Source: Asterias rubens
Taxonomy: Eukaryota
Assembly: GCF_902459465.1 (NCBI RefSeq)
Contig: NW_022985702.1
Coordinates: 62,001 to 126,000 of the forward strand
Length of the DNA stretch: 64,000 nucleotides
Direction of reading: 5' to 3'
Each line of letters begins with the position of its first letter. Position 1 is the stretch's first letter. The notes under the pieces are model-generated. The model was not told the origin of the DNA. It did no database searches and saw only the letters and a list, made by a program, of their open reading frames with translations. Below are positions 1-13,000 of the stretch, piece by piece. A program made the translations under genes and the position numbers.

Positions 1-1017
1 TAGTTAAATGTATCTTTCTCAATATCATTGGCATTATAAATCTTAACCAGGGTGTCACTGATATCTTGGGAGAAAGATTCAGTGGGATCAGAAGCACATT
101 CAATGTAATGATCAGTGTTACTGAGCTGTCTAAGGCCCTCAGCAATGTAGTCATGTGTGTTCATGACTACAACTGCGGACCCCTTGTCAGCCCGTTTAAT
201 CACTATGTCTGGTGATTGGCGGAGTTGTGTAAGGGCGTGACGCTCATCTTGGGGGAGGTTGTTGGGAGTAGGGGTACTGGGGGCCTTAAGAACCTCGGAG
301 TTAACCGAATTGATGTATGTCTCTAGAGACACATCTCGGTTCTTAGGGGGTACCCAAGTACTCTTTTCCCTGAAGCGGTTGCGGGGAATAGGTTGGGTCT
401 CCACAGATGACTCGTCATCCATGGAGGGCTCTACATGAAAGTATTCACGTAGGCGTAACCTACGATTGAATTGGGCCATGTCCTGTTGGAAAAGAAGTTG
501 GTTAGGCTCTCTGGGTGTGGGGCAAAACTTAAGACCCCTTGAGAGGAGTTTAACCTGTGGGTCAGTAAGGACCATGTCAGACAGGTTAACTACAGTATTG
601 GTCTCTGGCAACCTAACAGTAGGAGGAGCAATGGTGGCTCTCTTACTGTGGAAACGTCTATGGGTGTGTTTCTTATGGTTAGCCAGGACATTCATACGTT
701 TCTTGTTCTGTTTGTCCATTAGGGTGGACCTTAAGTGTTTGACGTTACATAGTATGGTATCTTGTAACTGTTCAAACTCTTCAATAGAGCATGACTCCTG
801 GAGTTGAGACTCAGTGTTTGTTATCTCAAGTAACTGATTATCAATGAATTGTTGGCATTGATTTTCCAGCAACTTGATCAAACGGAAAGACGTATTAGTG
901 AGTGTCTTGTTCCATTTCTTCAAAAAGGATGGGTCAAGGTCCCCAAAGGAAGGGGTACACTTGATCTTTTTTGAAATTGGTGATAGTGTTATTATACTAA
1001 TACTACATGTTTTTTTG
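1..1017 (-). mobile_element. Penelope-like retroelement (PLE) ORF, N-terminal part; runs off the window start
   Basis: My minus-strand translation is open from about 1017 to base 1: VNLSDMVLTDPQVKLLSRGLKFCPTP, FNRRLRLREYF, NNLPQDERHALTQLRQSPDIVIKRADKGSAVVVMNTHDY. These are the usual pre-RT motifs of PLE ORFs. Absent from the ORF track because there is no stop inside the window. Confidence 0.85.
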
Positions 1018-1386
1018 CATCAGTACAGTGATTTGTTTCAAATGGTTTGTTTTTTAATTATGAACTAAAAGTAGTTTTTACACTAAAATATATTTTTTGC
1101 CGATAATGTAGTGAACTACACTAATACTGCTGGTCACTTAATATGAAAACATAAATGTTTAAAAGTTTATGCATACATGTATAACAAAATATACTTTTCA
1201 CCGTTTTTGTACAGATTTGTTTTTTTACACATTTCATATTTCCTGAGTTGTACATAGCACTTCACATTGCTAAAAACAATTAAGCTAAAACGTAGACGCC
1301 AACATGGTCTGTTCACTACTTACTTTCAAGGCGATCTCTAAACACATGCAGTCACAAAATATGTCTCTGTTTAAATCACTCCACAG

Positions 1387-1552
1387 TTAAAAGGCTGGGT
1401 TATAATCGACTGCACGATGGTCGCGCGATGGAAATCTTGATGCGTGATCATGAACAAACACTTTTTTAGGCCTCAGCAACAACTACAAAGTGTGTTTTTT
1501 AAGATCGCGCGTCTAGATTTCCATCGCGCAACTGACTTTAAACAGGCCTTAA
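1387..1552. mobile_element. Short TTAA-flanked inverted-repeat element (MITE-like)
   Basis: gcgcgatggaaatcttgatgcgtgatc near the left end is the imperfect reverse complement of gatcgcgcgtctagatttccatcgcgc near the right end; TTAA at both ends. Confidence 0.5.
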
Positions 1553-2659
1553 TGACCAAATAACGTAGTTATCATGTCTAAAATGCTCGATTTTAGAGAA
1601 CAAATAATTTGCGACATAAAAATCTGAAGATGCTTGGTAGCTATTTCTGTTCTGTTTGTTGTGACTCAAATTAAAGTAATGTTGAGGTTCAATTTTTTAG
1701 GCTATTTCCATGTTAAGTGTTTTGCCAGACATAAGGGACTAAAAAGTGGGAGTGAATGCTTTTAGCACACATACAGGGATATTTCGTTATTGCATTAATA
1801 AGGCAAGTGCTTAGCGGGGGAAATTTTTGTCAGAATACATCATGTCTTGAAGACTTGCAATAAGACATAGGCCTACGTACGTACATACAATCAGCACGCA
1901 TCAAAGTTGTCTGAATAATTGACTAGAGCGCGAACACCCCGTTATACACGTTCTGAAGCCGTGTGGGCGCATCCATGTTTATGTACAAACCAATACAAAA
2001 GCTTGAAATTTTGTACGGCTGTTTGCATGATAGTGCGTTTGTTCTTTTGTATGTGTCATCAAACCCAAAAATGCACAATCTACTGATGAGCAGACAAACT
2101 GCAAGCGTCATGTGATGTTTAAAAGGCGCGTATATTTTTTGTTTACATCATTCAAGTTGAACTTGCGGTTTTTGTTTTTTCTTTAATTAGCATGTGTGAA
2201 ATAATGGCTGCCTAAATTTCTTGCTGTAAAATACGCACATGCTTACCTAAATTAAACTGGGCCCAATTTCATAAAGCTGTCTACCGGTATAACCAAGTTG
2301 TTGTTGTTACTATTTTAGTATTATAGAAAAGATTGTGCGTACATAAACGTATTTGATTTCTCAAACTTTAGGCAGCGCGGACGTACGTGAATGGGCAGGC
2401 GCAGACGTAGACGTAAGCGCACACGCCGAATGAATAAAAAACGCGGCAATAAATAAGTGTTCTCTTGAAATTAAAATAGTTCCAAAGTCACGCAAGACAC
2501 CAAACATGTCTGCGCCCAGGGTGGCTTCAAAACCCAGGGGAAGTTAGCGCTCTAGTTAATAGATAAAGCTCTATGGCTATTGGACATCAACTAAAGGGTC
2601 TATAGAGATAAGTACAAAAAAAAGTGTTAGAAAAATGTACATAGATTTTTCTAACAAAA

Positions 2660-3260
2660 CATTTCCTCAAAAACTACAGCACCTCAGCAAGTAATATTTT
2701 CAGGGAAGCTTTCTACTATCATTATCCTCAAACTGTTTAAGTTTAATGAAAATCTGTGGACATTGTGTTAAAGGATTTGGGTACCTTTTCAAAAAGTCCA
2801 CATATATTAAACTTACAGGGTTTGAAGGTAATGATAGCAGAAAGCTTCCCTTCAACTATTACTAACTGAGGTTGTGTAGTTTTTGAGAAATGGGTAAAAC
2901 AAGTCACAAAATAATTGTTGTCTCAAGTGAGCAAAAATTATTTTAGCATGTAAAATCCCATTAACCAGTTATATACGATTTTACACGCTAAAACTGAGAC
3001 AAAATTTATTTGTTTTACTCATTTCTCAAAAACTACAGCACCTCAGTAAGTAAAATTTCAAGGGAAGCTTTCTACTATCATAATCTTCAAACTGTGTAAG
3101 TTTAATGTAAATCTGTGGACAGTGTGTTTTTTGTTTAAAAAGGGTACATAGACTCTTTAAAAGTACCATGACTATTAAAAATATTACTTACTGAGGTGCT
3201 GTAGTTTTTGATAAATGAGTAAAACAATGTAACAAAACTAATTTCATCTCAGTTTTAGCA
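2660..3260. repeat. Alternating-orientation copies of one MITE-like repeat
   Basis: Block actacagcacctcag-aagtaa...gggaagctttctactatca occurs on + at about 2675 and 3032 and as its reverse complement at about 2825-2890 and 3180-3230. Confidence 0.55.
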
Positions 3261-4045
3261 TGTAAAAATGTATTAACCAGTTACGGTATGTTATTGTATA
3301 ATACCATAACTGATTAATACATTTTTACATGCAAAATTAATTTATGTCTCTTACTGATCTGGTCTCCTCTTTGCCAGGCGATTTGACACATTGTTCAGTT
3401 TAGTTCTGATGTAGCCTTTGATGTCGCCTGGCTTCCTATCCATAAATCTGGCTCTCACACATTCTAGCATCAAAAGAAACATTAAAATGTTGTTAAGTAC
3501 ATGTTCTACAAATTTAATATGTCAAAGCTTTTGCTCATCCATTCTTTAAAGGTCAAATATACGTTACTGTTCTATACACACCAAAGCAACATTTCCTAGC
3601 ACCAGTGTATGATTGGGCATTACTATCAGGATATTCCTTTGCTTTGAGACATGTGTTTTCAACAGTCCAACCAGGTACTTACTAAACACTTAAGAACATA
3701 TTGTAACAAAAATATTTATAAAAGATTGTTCGCCCTTAACCGATGTGCCAAGTCTCCGTGTAGAAAGTTTTCCACATGGATTGGTACGTGTTAAGACCAG
3801 GATATTCCTTTAGAAAACATAGAAACTAATTATGTCGTGTGGATGAATGACGGGTACACAAAACGTTTACAGCCTATTTGGTGTACGATTTACCTAACAA
3901 TTCTTGTGCTTACTTTGTCATGAGCATTTTGTTGTTTTCTACACCACTTTTTAAATTAAATTTGTATAGTGATTGCTACAGAAGCGCGGAAATCTTAATG
4001 GCAAGTTAAAAAAAGAAAAGCCAAATTGGCTATTATAAATCTTAC

Positions 4046-7000
4046 CCATAATGGCATTAACCATGTCTATGTCCATTGCTGCCTTTTGTTTGGTTAGGTC
4101 GCCTTGATGGACCGATTTGCTGCCTGTCAATGAATGAGTCGCTAAGTACTCATCTGTACATAGACAGGACAGCAAATCATTGACCAACTTCTGTGGGTCC
4201 CTTGTATTACATCTTAACAGCATTTCATGGGTGATTAGTCCTGCAGGCTGAAGAGTCAAAAAACAGAACACCACACAGATGCATAAATATGTAAGGATGC
4301 CACTGAGTAGTCCTACCACTGAGGTGTTTAGAATATTAATAAGGAATTTTCAAGACTTCAGCTTTTATCATTTGCTGGTGAAAGGCTAACGCAATGGCCT
4401 TCCACCAATTGTCTGTTTTTCCAGCCAAGAGAAAGCTATTTTAGTAGTATGAAATGATTTTCTGTGAAACAATTAATAAAATAACCCCCACTACAAGACA
4501 AGTGAGCGATTAATCGGTCACACTTGAGTTTAGTGGACTAGATTTCCATTGGTCTATTAAAACCCCCAATTTTACTAAATAAAATGCCACATTGCCTATT
4601 TGTTATTACTTGTACTTCATGTATATAAGTAGAAAAAGGGATATACTGATGCGGAAGAAAGCAGTTTGAAAAAGTAAATTGCTGACCATTCAAGGAATTT
4701 AAAGGGGACCAAACAATAAAAAAAAAAAAAAACAGAATTTCAAATTGTTGGAATTACTTCATTTCTGAAAATGGATGAAGAGAGCACGGATAATCCATTT
4801 TAAAAAATAAATGTACAGCTCATCTTTAAGTGAGGCCGTAATTCGTTCTTAAATGCTTTACATGTACTAGGTTTATTAGAACCTATATTCAACATGTGAT
4901 GTGTAACTACATGCACTCTATAAACCAATGTACTTTGACTAACCCGAGGTTCTGGTGTCTGGCATGGGGTTGTGACAGAACAACCCAGCTGGTTCTCTTG
5001 CATTGTTGATTCAGGCTGCCCTGCAGATTCGGCTCTCTTCAGTAATGATGGCAATGCTAAAATATTGAAAAGGGCAAATTTGAACACTATTGTCAGTGAA
5101 TTAAACACAATTGTGTCTCAGGTTTAGTTCAAAACCGACAGCTTACAGGCCAACAACAATTATAGTGCAAAATATTCAGTCTTATTACACAGAGTCTCTT
5201 TTTTAGATGGTGAACAGGCCAATATCATTCAAATGTGTCAAATAACATGTACTAGAATAAAGACACATACACATGTTGGCTAAGTGTACATGCATTGTCA
5301 CATCAACATTTTAAAGTTAACATGTTTAAGTTTCATTGGTTGATTTTACTTGAAGGACCCCTAATTCTGACTCAATGTGGAGAAGGCAGACAACTAATCA
5401 CCTCAATGGAGGTTCCAGTTTTCAAGTTCCGCATGAAAGTTTGTTCATTTACATTGCCAACTGTTATTTGAAAAGAATTTCAACTAAACTTACATTTTAT
5501 TAGGGACAGGGTTTTCACTAATGCTTTCTTCTCGATGTTGAGGGCGTTATTCTCTTTTTCTAAAGTTGCCACTTGTCTGTTGGCATTGCAGCAGGCGACC
5601 TAGAATAAATTGTAAAATTATTTTAGACAGTTTTTTGTACATTTAAAAGATGTGATTACTCGACACTTGAAACCTGAGAGTGGAGCCGAAAAATCCCAGC
5701 TCCCATATTTTATGCAATTGAATTCCTTCAAAGCCTTCACTATACATCAATCTTTTGATACAACACAGACATGTATGTATTCACTTACATCTGTCTCATT
5801 ATCTTGGTCGTCAAATTGGACTCCTAGCTGGGCTACAATCCTGTTGTAGCCCAGGTCGGCGGGAGGCTTCTTCCTACGAGGCTGCCGCGTAACTTCCTGT
5901 GGGGTGACAAAAATCAATCAATGTTTCCATGGTAATTACAGTCACTAAAAGGAATATTTGAAATGTACTACTGTACAAGCCAGGCATGCCAGGGGAAAAA
6001 CCAACCTCCTCACTTCCAGACTCCTCATCACTGGTAAACCTCTTCCTCTTCACCGATCGCTTTCCACGCCCCATGACTGTCTCTTCTTGGCTGCTGCTTG
6101 AACACAACGCACGGTCGTCATCAAGGCATGTTGCAGCTGGTCCACCTTTGGTCAGCTCATTCCGGCGTTTCACCAGCTCCTCTCTGCGATCTTGAAAAAA
6201 AAAAATTATGTTTTTTAGCTAATTTTTTTTGGTGAAAAAGTCCCAACCTCAAGTCATTTTCATGTTCAGTCAACGTCAGTGATGCTTCTGAAATTTCCAA
6301 TTATTATATCTATGGAGAGGGCCGATGGGCCAGGGGGAGGGCCGAGGGATACATTTCACTTTTGTGGGTTTTTGTGTTTGAAAATAACCATCTAGGCCTA
6401 CATGATCTAGCACAAAGTATTTTACTGTGTTGCACTTGTTCAACACAGTGGTCGCACTTAATACCGACAACTCACAACAACAAATTTTAAATGCACTTTA
6501 ACAAGTTTAAAAGATTATTTGAACACAAGTCAATCGTTAAATATATGTATGTAGGACCCTAGAAGAGTATGCATCTAAATCACTTTCAAACTGTTGACAA
6601 ATTTGTATTTTTAACTGTAAAAAAGGTTTTTTTTTTACCCAGAATTAATAACGAACGGTAATATCCGCCATGTTGTCTTTCGAGGTACCTGAACGATGAA
6701 TTACCATTATATCCCAGTTAGCAATAAACGGTTGGTCCACTAGCGGTCCACCGGCGGCACCGACGTCGGGCCGCGGGTGGCTGCCAACGGTGGACCGCCG
6801 AAGAAATGTCCGTCAGCAAGCTGTCGGTCCATCAGCGGCATCCGAGTGGCCGCCATCGGCGGGCCGATGGCGGACCGTGGCTGTCATTTAATACCCAGCG
6901 GGAGCCTCTATTGGACCGACGTCGGCCCGCCCGTTCCATCGACAAGCCGGCTGCTGCCGCTGGTGGGCCGCTGGGGGACCAACGTTGGTAACCAGTTGTC

Positions 7001-10000
7001 TACCGCCCTCCGACCGCTCATTATACCCTCCCCCTCCCTCCCCTTCCCTAGGCCCTCATCCCTCCTCTCCCCTTGTGCTCCAAACGATTGAACAATTATT
7101 AAACATGTACATGTACACACAGGCTGAAATGTATAGGTTAAATTGCACCAATTAACATGGTACACTTTATTTTGAAACAAATGAAGCTAAAGTTGGCAAA
7201 ACTGGCAATGTTCTGTACATGAGTTACATGACTCTTGTTATTGCCACTAATACAAAACAAGTCTTTTGTACAATGAATACATTGTATTACTTAATTATTA
7301 TAGCAAAACCCTGAGTATTTTCTTTAAGGTTGTACTGCACAATGAGTACATCTAAACAGTGGCTTACATCTGGCAAATAAAAGTGTTGGCAATTTTTGTT
7401 CTACGAGAACAGAGCAAAATCATCAGTATTGTCACTAATAAAAAAACAAGTATTTTGTATTTTTGTTCTGGACTTCACAACCTTAATCAATAACTAGCAT
7501 CGTCAATAATTGAAACATTATTTTTGTACAATAAATGAGGTGAAAAAAGTTAATTAAATACATGTAATACCACAAGGTTATTAAAGTAAGAACAATCAGT
7601 ACAGCAAAACCGTGGCTGAAATACTAGCAAATATTTATCTTGTCTGTATTTTTATGTAATAGGCCAACTAAAACAAACGAAATAAATTAGTAAGTTTATC
7701 AAATACTTTAAAACAAATTTTGTGTAGAATAAATAATGTGAAGACAACTTTTTAAATAGTAGCACAATAGTAGCACAAAACATCCATGATATTTCATTAC
7801 TTAAATGGTAAAACCCCGAGTGTTTTCAAAATTGTTTGACTACACAATGAGAAAAGCAAAACTGTGGCAAATATTGTACTTGGCAAGGTTAACCAAAAAA
7901 ACACAATTAAAACCAAACCTACTACTCTTTAACACAGCACGCAGGACTTTAACACGCCTTTGAACATCTTTAATATTAATATTATTTATTAACCAAAGCA
8001 AACAATGTGGGGTCAGACAGGGGTCACACTGTTTATTGCTGCTCAACACCATTGTTATCAGCGATGGCATCAGCAGCTTCAGCAGCTGCAGCAGCAGCAG
8101 CACGGTTTAGTCGCTCCTTTCTACCACCACATCTATCTGCAGAGCCCTTAAAAAAATGGGCAACCTCCCGCTGTATTTCGGCATCAGACGCCTTGCAGGT
8201 TGGTCTGTTTCTCCGGATAGCTTCTATTTGAAATAAATGAAAACAGATATTTAATGTAGCACATGATGTTATGAATAACCAAATTCATTAAAGAAAATCG
8301 ACAACAAATGGCTAAATATGTAATTTTGACAATCAGGCAAAATATATCAAACTAATTAATGTTGACCTTTCATAATGCAACATGTACATGTACACGGTTG
8401 GCTTGTTCAGCAAAATTCATTCCACTGCCCAGTTTTCTGCTGATATATTATACAGCAATTGAAAGGCATCACAGCCTAATTGTAAAATCAGTGTACAAGT
8501 GCTTGTGCAAGTTTGGGTCAGTCTCCAGAAGGTTTTCCAACACGTCAACATCTTCCAGAGACTTTAGAGGGAAGTCTAAACCGTCTGGCAGTTCGAAGTC
8601 ATTTTCAGTAGCCCTAGCCTCTTGAAGTTTTGCCAACAACTGGCTGTGGTGATCAGCCTTCTTCTTTAATTCTGCCAAGTCACTCTTGATTTCAGTCAAC
8701 AGAGTGATGAGAAGGCGCTGTGTGGCTGCAAGAGGGATAGTACATTTATAGAGGTTTTGAAACAAAACAACATACAAACAAAACAAAAATAATCGAATTG
8801 ACAATGTTTGAAAGTTAGATTATACAGAAGTCTTATGCTGCACATACGTATTAGTCTTGGTGTAATTAAAGATCAGCTGTCCACTTAATTTGTTCTCATA
8901 GCCCAAATTTCAGGTCGATATCTACAATTGAGTTTGGCTAGTACCACCATTTCTTGGTAGACCACAAGGCCTTTCTCAACAGTAGAAATACCTTTAGTAC
9001 ATCTTAATGCGCCATTTGGAGTTTTGTTCCTTTGCCAATTTATTTGAGGTCAAAAGTTCTTTAATTTCCTCATAAAATCCAGCTTCTTCGATTCAGCAGA
9101 TTAATGAAAAAATTGATAGAAACTTACCATCAAACGAAGATTTGTTCAACCCCTGTCGAACAAGATGACTTACAGCCGGTGGTCTTTCCTGGAGCAGACT
9201 AACAGCCGTTGGTCTTTCCTGAAGCGGGGACTGGGTCCTTTCTCGGTTGGATGGTCTCTGGGTGGCCCGTGGTCTTCGCAGTTCAGGGGTTTGCATTACC
9301 ATTGTATGGCCTGCATCGGAGGTGAAATTCAGAAGGCCAGCAGCATTTCTTGGAGGGATGGGCGAGTCGTGCAAGGTTTCAACCACCTCTTCATCAGAAG
9401 AGTCGGAAACATACTTTCGATTGATCCTAAAACAAAAACAAAATGTAAAACCTCCTAAATGCATCGTCTTAAAACCAGGACAAATGCTAATTTTTTAGGC
9501 AAGGAAAAAGATCACTTGTGATATCACTAAAAGAAACAGTTTATCACAAAGATTGACAGGGACTTTAAGCATTAAACCATTTAAAGTTTGCATACACCAA
9601 ATATGTGGTTGCAAAACTGGTTTTGAAAACATATTGATAATTCAAGTGCCAGAGATTTCTTGATGTGCAAAAATATTGCAGCTTTGTACAAGACTTTTTT
9701 TCGAGACATGGCAAAATTTGTGTAGATTAGTCAGTGAGTAGAAGAGGTGTTTTGAAAAAAGCAAGTTATATTAAACCAATAATTTCGTGCGTACCTCCTC
9801 CTTCTCTTGGCTGGAGGGTTCTCTCAGTTTGCAGATCTGATGTGTCCTCAGCTCGTCTGAGTCGATGCCTTGCCATTTCGTAAGAGTCTAAGGATACAGA
9901 ATTTGAAAAAATGAAATTTTGTAAAAGGTCCGTATAAACAAGCAATATTTATAACCGGCAATTTTAGAAGAAAAAGAAATAATTGAGAAAATGTACATTA

Positions 10001-13000
10001 TTTTTTTCACAATGTGGGATTTTTAATAATATTAAAAACAAAATTGAAAAAAATAGAGCGCTATTTGTACTTCCTTTAGCAAACTCACACAGAAAATTTA
10101 TGTTTGGTTTAATAATGCAACACGTGCATGTGAAGACGTTACAATTGAGTGAACATGTACAGATAAACTTGATAGCAAATCATACTCATTTCTACTTCCA
10201 GTGGTAGCACTATTATGGGCACCACACACGCAAAATCGGTGCAGGTCTCCATGGTTCATCACAGTCTACGGAACGTAGTAAGAATTTGGGTTTTAAACTG
10301 ACGAATTGTGCTCGCTGTTTTTTCTTTTTTTTTAAGACTTCAACAAAACGCTGCTTGCAACTTGTTCCCCATGCTATGTGTCAAACGAATAGTACGTTTG
10401 TGAAAAATTGTCCATACAAGCATATTCCAGTATGTGTTGACCAGCGATCATGACACTGGAGTGCCTTTTTGAAATCGAGACCGCGGCTAACACACACATA
10501 CATGTTGCGGTAAATGTAAAAAAAACAAATCGCCCTCTGACTGCCAAGTTTCATGTTATGTTCGTAATTTGATATATAAAAAAATGCTGGCCTAAGTGAT
10601 ATCGAGATGAAAAAAAAGAAGAAAAGGTACTGTTTCTTACCAGTTGTTGTCAACACTCTGATGGCATGGATATGCCACTCTGACCCTGGAACTTCTGCCT
10701 CACGCACAGCCTTGTCAATGCGGAAGGTTGTCCTGTACGGTGGCCAATAGCAATCCTTATCATTTATAAGCCACCTTGTAGACACTATAGCCAGGTCGTC
10801 GTCCTCCCCGGTAAACGCTACTACAGCTTAAGTCATGCTGAAATGGAAGAAACTGTATATGTTTATGATCAATGCAAGAGGGGGAGTATTACATGCTGCT
10901 TTCTGTATGGTAGCATTACGCATTTCCTACCAATGGCTGTTACCTCACACGATTCCAATACACCACTCAACTGAGAAACTCTACAAATGCCGAGATGAGT
11001 GGAGTCCAGAGGATATGAGAACATTTTTTTAACAACTGTGAACTTTTCGAAAACCACAAACTTGTCTTGCTCAACAGTGTAAAAGTTTCTCACAACTACC
11101 ATGTCTTTGTCGATTTCAACACAGTTATCCCCCACAGTACATTTGATGGTGCAATCCTCTCTGTGAAGTTCACTGTAGTGAGAGCTGACATAGCATGCAT
11201 ACGCAGGAAGTGGCCCTATATGCCGCTCCTTCTGAAGAAGACAACCAGCATGTGCGGGATCTTTTTGACGTTTCTCGGATAACCGTCGGGCAACTTGCTG
11301 CAGTGGTGATTCTATGCGTTTAAGCCTTCCCAAGAAGTTTTCGAATTCAAAGCAAGATATGTTGTCGAGATGACCATGCAGTTTCATCTCTTCTGACAAG
11401 TGTACTAACCCGTGTACATTGTATGTTAACATGTCGCGGCCATAAATATCTGCAAACTGATGGATGAAAGACACCAACAAGTCATGAGCATACTGGCTGT
11501 TGTTGACGCACAGTGATGGATTAAGAAAAATGTGAATTCCTACAGACAAGAGCATAAAATTGTGGTACATATCTTCAGGCAAATAGGTGCGCATCACCAA
11601 TGGGCCGGTGTATAGCAACAGCTGGCGAAATTCTGTAGCCTTCCATCGCTCAAATTCACTTATGGCCCTAGGTTTTCGGGCAAATTCACTGGCAGTGAAA
11701 GGCCTGAAGGACACAAGCATTGTTGACATGCCCTTGACATCTCTTGGGCTTAACCTATTTTTTAAAGGACCTTTCAACCAAAACTTGACAAGTCGGAAGG
11801 TTGAAACCATATCTATCCGAAGTCTAACTAGTGGTGTGCTGCCTTGCAGGTGATGTCCTTTGTTAGCCTTTCTGCGGAAAGAGTCATCAGTTCTCAGTGG
11901 GGCATCAGTTTCTGGAAATGTAACTTTTCCCAAGTACACTCCATATTGATTGCACTTGTCACATCCATAGTAACCGCTATGTCCTTTTACATTCTTTATA
12001 AAAGCACGGGCAGGGGTGTCACACATCACAGCGCTGATATTGAATTCAAAATGTTTTGTCTGGTACATAACACCATCACTTTCAAGACGCTCAGCTTCAT
12101 CAACAAAATCTTGCAAGAAATCGAGGTTGGATGGCTTGCTAGTACCATAGAACAATCCAATAACAAAAGGACCATTTTTGCGACAATTTTCTACCAAACC
12201 AAGAATAGGCCAAAATTGTCCACCAGAACTTTTGAACAAAGGGAGACGGTCAACATTTACTTGCAGAATGACTTTATCACATAACAGGCAAGCCTCGGTC
12301 AGTACCGACAGTACACCTTCCTTGATGCCTTTATGGTAGTACAATCCACCTGAAACACCTTTTGTTATGATTTGAGTATCAGTTTGAAGCAGGGTTCTTG
12401 GGTCTTTGGGCAAGTCTGGGTGATGTTTCTGTAGGATTGACAGAATTCCAGACAACGCTCTGTGGGTTATGTTGTGCTCTGCAGCCCAGCAAGCAAGATC
12501 GTCTTTCATATCATCTCTACTACAACAATCTGTGAGACTGCGAGTTGGCATGGGCATCGCGTTTCCCCTGAAATCATACAATGGGTAAATGTTGGTACAC
12601 TTTACTAATAATAATAATGACATATGTTACAGATGGGCTTTCTCTCCCCTTATCCTGTTCCTTTTGTTATGACATATTTGTTGGTCTTTAAGAACATCTG
12701 TGGTATTTGGCAAAACAGGTCAGTCTGTTTCACAATGTGTATTGTTAGATGTTATGCAACGGTCATAATGTAACATTGTGTCCTTAATGTGTTGACACTC
12801 CAAACTTATTGTTAATGTGCAGTGGACACAATGTTTAGTATAATTGCCCACTGCATTGTGTGATGTTTCTAGCCTATAAAATACTGGGTATGCCTCTTGC
12901 TGGGTTACACTCATCACTCCGCCACCACTGAGTCAGCCAGGGGCTCTGCCCAACCCATACATTGATGGGTGTCACCACTCCAACCGTCGGCCACACCATT

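Noticed and set aside
466-1068. Plus-strand ORFs 466-807 and 874-1068
   Set aside because: Antisense shadows of the Penelope-like ORF.
2082-2112. CTGATGAG as a PLE-associated hammerhead
   Set aside because: The stem after it is followed by AAG rather than GAAA and no stems I/III form.
6777-7180. ORFs in the GC-rich block
   Set aside because: They coincide with the CACTA TIR and subterminal repeats.
8007-8231. Poly-Ala protein on the + strand
   Set aside because: Antisense to the last exon of the DUF4806-like gene, which contains the GCT/GCA run.
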